Assembly: GCA_000092065.1 (NCBI GenBank)
Contig: CP000587.1
Source: Ostreococcus lucimarinus
Taxonomy: Eukaryota
Direction: 5' to 3' (one strand)
DNA length: 64,000 bases
The notes under the pieces were generated by a model. That model worked only from the letters and a program-made list of their open reading frames with translations, made no database searches and was not told the DNA's origin. Positions 60,836 through 64,000 of the stretch are shown one piece after another. Made by a program: the position numbers and the translations under genes. The first letter of the stretch is position 1. Every line of letters begins with the position of its first letter.

Positions 60836-63205
60836 GTGGAGGCGCCGTTCGGGGATGATGTGCCGGAAGAGTTTCGAAATTCGGCGTTGGAGTACGAGCT
60901 GCGGATGTATAACGGAGAGACGGCGCGGGCGGTGGTGTACCTGGTGTACGCTGAGCCGACGCGCGGGACGAGCGAGGCGCGAGGCGCGGGCGCGCGGGAC
61001 GGGAAGACGAAGGGCGTGAGTGATGGACGAGGGTTTTCATGGTTGCCGGTGATGCGGGAAAAGTGCGTGAAAGGTTGCGATGGGCCGATTTTGAGCGCGA
61101 TTCAGAGGTTTGGGAAGCAAGGGCGGACGCAAAAGAGTGCGGCTTCGCAAAAGGATGCGAAACCCGACGCCAAACCGACGGCGGAGAATGAGTGGAAGGA
61201 TTCACGAAACTTGTTCATCTCCATCGACGAGGCGAGTAATCACGTGTGTGCGTACGGACCGAATCAGTGCAAGGCATTCCGTTTGCTCTTTGGTTTGTAC
61301 GCCAAAGAAACGAACGAGTTTGTGGGGAGCGGCGTCTCAGGACCGATTCGCGTGTTGGCGAATAACGACGTGCCCAAGGGCGCGGCGGCTATGCGCGTGA
61401 AATGTGGATTGAGCGATTCGTGGAACGGTTGGAAGGAAACGGCAGAGAAGAGCGAGGATGATTTGCGAGAAATTTTCCGAGCAGCAAACTGCCCGCAACC
61501 GGCCGGGAAGGCGAACCAGAATCGTCGCCTCGACGACGCGACGCAGCAAAACGCGCGAAAGCCGTTGCAAACCCAGACCAACAACGGTGACAAGGTGGGA
61601 GGCAAGCGCGCGGCGGCCAAGGGAGGTGTAGCGCCGGCTCCGTCGAAGCGCCCGAAGCAAACCGTATCGCAAAAGGCGCAGCTTGCACGCGAATCGAAGT
61701 CGGTGAAGAGGACAAAGTCGGCTCGAAGCGGTGGCTACTTTGATTTCGACACCACCGTGAACACGGCGCTCCAAGATCTCGCGCTCGGTATGCCTGTACT
61801 CGGTGTTTCTGCGCAAGATTCGCAAGACTTACAGTTTCAGTTGAATGCAATCATGCCATCTCCCCTGGGGACGCCGCCGGATGAGAAAGCTGCCGGTGCT
61901 GGCGCGAACCCGTTTGCGGGTATGTTCGGTACGCCCGAATATCTTGCCGCGCAGGAGATCTTGGGCGACGCGCTGAACACGGCTGATCTACCTTCCTTAT
62001 GCACGCCCGGCGATAAAAAGGCCGAGACTAATTTGTACGACGGTATGCCGCCACCCACGACGGGAATGGGCACGTTCAAGTTTACTCCAGGAGCGTTTCC
62101 GAACATCGCGTCCACCGGCAGCATGATGTCCCTCTCTGGGTTGGACTCTCTCGGTGGGCTCATCGGAAGCGCATTTGGAAAGACGCCCGCAGAATTCAAG
62201 ACGAACAAAACAGAGTCGAAGATTTTCACGCGGTCTGCGAAGAAGGTGGCCGCAACCGGCGAACCGACGCCAGTGACGCAATTTGTGAACTCTCTTTTGA
62301 TGAGCAGGCAAAAGGCGTCGGCTGAGAGAACCGCTTCAATGCCGCGCACGTCTCGCAGAAGCACTCGCGCTGCGCTCAAGGAAGTGGCTCCGAGTGATGC
62401 AGCTCCGAGCACGACCGCGGCGAGCAAGTTGATAACTGCGCCCAAGTCTGCGACTGGACAAGCCGAAACTGGTATTGCGACCGGCGTCGCTTCGGCGCCC
62501 GGAGTGGAGGCTGCCGGAGCGACGTTCGACGTCGCCCCGATTCGCGGTGCTCGTAGTCGTCATGCTTCGCCGACTGGTGTTGCGCCCGTTCGCTTATTTT
62601 TCGCGTCTCCTTCAGGTCGCGGTGGAGAGACCTTGGACGGGAGCGATGACGAAGACGACGCTCTGGGATTTGCTTCTCCAAACTTGCGAAAGGATGTGGC
62701 TGGCGCCAACGGTCAACTGTTCAGTGCGCGGGGTAGACGTACGCGTAACGCACCGCAGATTCGGTTACCGCGCATGGCATCCGTTCCAGAGATTGCGAAC
62801 GAAATGACGGCTGGAGAAAAGGCGAGTGATCGTGCGGCTACTAAGGCTGCGAGATTGTCGGGTCACTTTCGTCCTGTGAAGATGCCGCCGCCGCCAAAAC
62901 ACGTCGCGGCGGGTCCGGATTCCATCAAACGGAAGACTAGACACAGTACGGTTCACTTTAGAAATGACGTCAACTTTGAAAACGAGGCTCCGAGCACGTC
63001 CAAGCGCAACGCTTCTGGTGAGGAGAACGAGGCTCCTTCACCGACGGATGTCGCCGCCGCCCTGCTTTCTCCCGGTTGGCCGTCGACGAAAAGGCGCAAG
63101 GCGCTCAATAAACACGCCGACGCGAGCGGTGAAATCAAAGGCAATTCTCCAGGATTCATCGCAACGATCAAGGAGCGCGTCACGAACGCCGTTGGGTGGG
63201 CGTGA
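60836..63205 (+). CDS. hypothetical protein: about 200-aa N-terminal globular domain of unknown family plus about 590-aa disordered S/T/P/A/K-rich tail
   Basis: Long clean ORF with noticeably lower GC than flanking DNA and few antisense ORFs. N-terminal domain contains several Cys. No motif recognised. Confidence 0.5.
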   Translation: MEAPFGDDVPEEFRNSALEYELRMYNGETARAVVYLVYAEPTRGTSEARGAGARDGKTKGVSDGRGFSWLPVMREKCVKGCDGPILSAIQRFGKQGRTQKSAASQKDAKPDAKPTAENEWKDSRNLFISIDEASNHVCAYGPNQCKAFRLLFGLYAKETNEFVGSGVSGPIRVLANNDVPKGAAAMRVKCGLSDSWNGWKETAEKSEDDLREIFRAANCPQPAGKANQNRRLDDATQQNARKPLQTQTNNGDKVGGKRAAAKGGVAPAPSKRPKQTVSQKAQLARESKSVKRTKSARSGGYFDFDTTVNTALQDLALGMPVLGVSAQDSQDLQFQLNAIMPSPLGTPPDEKAAGAGANPFAGMFGTPEYLAAQEILGDALNTADLPSLCTPGDKKAETNLYDGMPPPTTGMGTFKFTPGAFPNIASTGSMMSLSGLDSLGGLIGSAFGKTPAEFKTNKTESKIFTRSAKKVAATGEPTPVTQFVNSLLMSRQKASAERTASMPRTSRRSTRAALKEVAPSDAAPSTTAASKLITAPKSATGQAETGIATGVASAPGVEAAGATFDVAPIRGARSRHASPTGVAPVRLFFASPSGRGGETLDGSDDEDDALGFASPNLRKDVAGANGQLFSARGRRTRNAPQIRLPRMASVPEIANEMTAGEKASDRAATKAARLSGHFRPVKMPPPPKHVAAGPDSIKRKTRHSTVHFRNDVNFENEAPSTSKRNASGEENEAPSPTDVAAALLSPGWPSTKRRKALNKHADASGEIKGNSPGFIATIKERVTNAVGWA

Positions 63206-63597
63206 ATCGACGCACATCCTCTTCGTCGCCGCCTCGAGTGAGCCGAGCCGAGTCGCCCGCAAGCGGCGTCTCGCTCGCCCGTTCGTCGCGCGTCTGTGTA
63301 AACCTGAACTCTCAGCAAGTAGCGATCCAGTCTCGCCTTCGCGGGCTTTGTAATCATCACCATCATCACACATCGCACGACGTTCGCTCACGCGTCCGCG
63401 GTCCACCGCGCGCCGCTTCTCCTCGCGCTGTAAATATCTGCACATGGCGGTAAACCTAAGCACGAATAATCGCCACTCCGCGACTGTCGCCGATGCAACG
63501 CGCGCGAACCGTCATTGACGCCTACACGAAGGCGCTCAAGACCAAACAAATACTCCCAGTCTCTCTCGTCCGCACGACGACCGCCGCCCCGACGATG

Positions 63598-64000
63598 CAA
63601 AGCGCCAGCGCGACGATGTACACCGCCGCCGCCGTGCGCGCGCGATTCCCGACGATCACCTCCACGCGCGCGCGCGTGCCCGCGATGACGCGCGTGAACG
63701 GACGAAACGGTGAAATGAAAATTTCACGAGGATTTTCCGTCGTCGCCGAGGCGTCCGAGGGCGAGGAAGGCGCGCAAGCGGAGCATAAGCTTTACATTGG
63801 CAACTTGAGCTGGAACTCGACCGACGAGGACTTGCAAGAGATCTTTGGTGAATTTAACGTCGTCGAAGCGAGCGTGGTGATGGACAGGAACACTGGACGA
63901 AGCCGTGGATTCGCGTTCGTGACGTTAGCGAGCGCGGAAGACATGGAACGCGCGATGGCGGCGACGAACGGCGTCGACGTCGACGGACGAGAGTTGCGCG
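63598..64000 (+). CDS. chloroplast-type RRM RNA-binding protein (cpRNP-like), 5' partial (runs off window)
   Basis: ATG 63598. Transit-peptide-like MQSASATMYTAAAVRARFPTITSTRARVPAMTRVNGRNG. RRM RNP2 KLYIGNLSW and RNP1 RGFAFVTL. Not in the ORF track because no stop lies within the window. Confidence 0.6.

Overview
The window reads as a compact, very GC-rich (about 65-68%) nuclear chromosome segment from a green-lineage picoeukaryote, probably a Mamiellophyceae-like prasinophyte.

Evidence for that placement, all read from the ORF translations:
- It carries Viridiplantae-type genes: a CONSTANS-like B-box plus CCT protein, a GIF/SS18 SNH protein, violaxanthin de-epoxidase, phytol kinase, an OPR/FAST-like repeat protein and a plastid RRM protein.
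- It also carries eukaryotic housekeeping genes: ubiquitin-RPS27a, Rab1, Rab2, Rpn11, a PRMT, lipin and CDP-DAG synthase.
- About 45 protein genes are packed at roughly one per 1.4 kb on both strands.
- Introns are few, short and 5'-biased, with a very uniform donor GTGCGT, a CTGAC branch site about 20-35 nt upstream of a CGCAG acceptor, and often a microsatellite inside the intron.
- No rRNA, tRNA, CRISPR array or transposon-type ORF was recognised by eye.
- Many long antisense or overlapping ORFs are low-complexity artefacts of the high GC content.

The stand-out observation is a nuclear, GC-adapted, intron-containing gene for cytochrome b6f subunit IV (PetD), which is normally plastid-encoded. 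Its first exon encodes a transit-peptide-like N-terminal extension.

Other points of interest:
- A double-chromodomain protein whose SNF2 ATPase motifs appear degenerate.
- A 59-bp triplicated minisatellite that abuts a stop codon.
- A staphylococcal-nuclease-like protein with an unassigned C-terminal domain.
- TGTAA putative poly(A) signals.

All exon boundaries were derived by hand from the sequence and ORF track and may be off by a few nucleotides.
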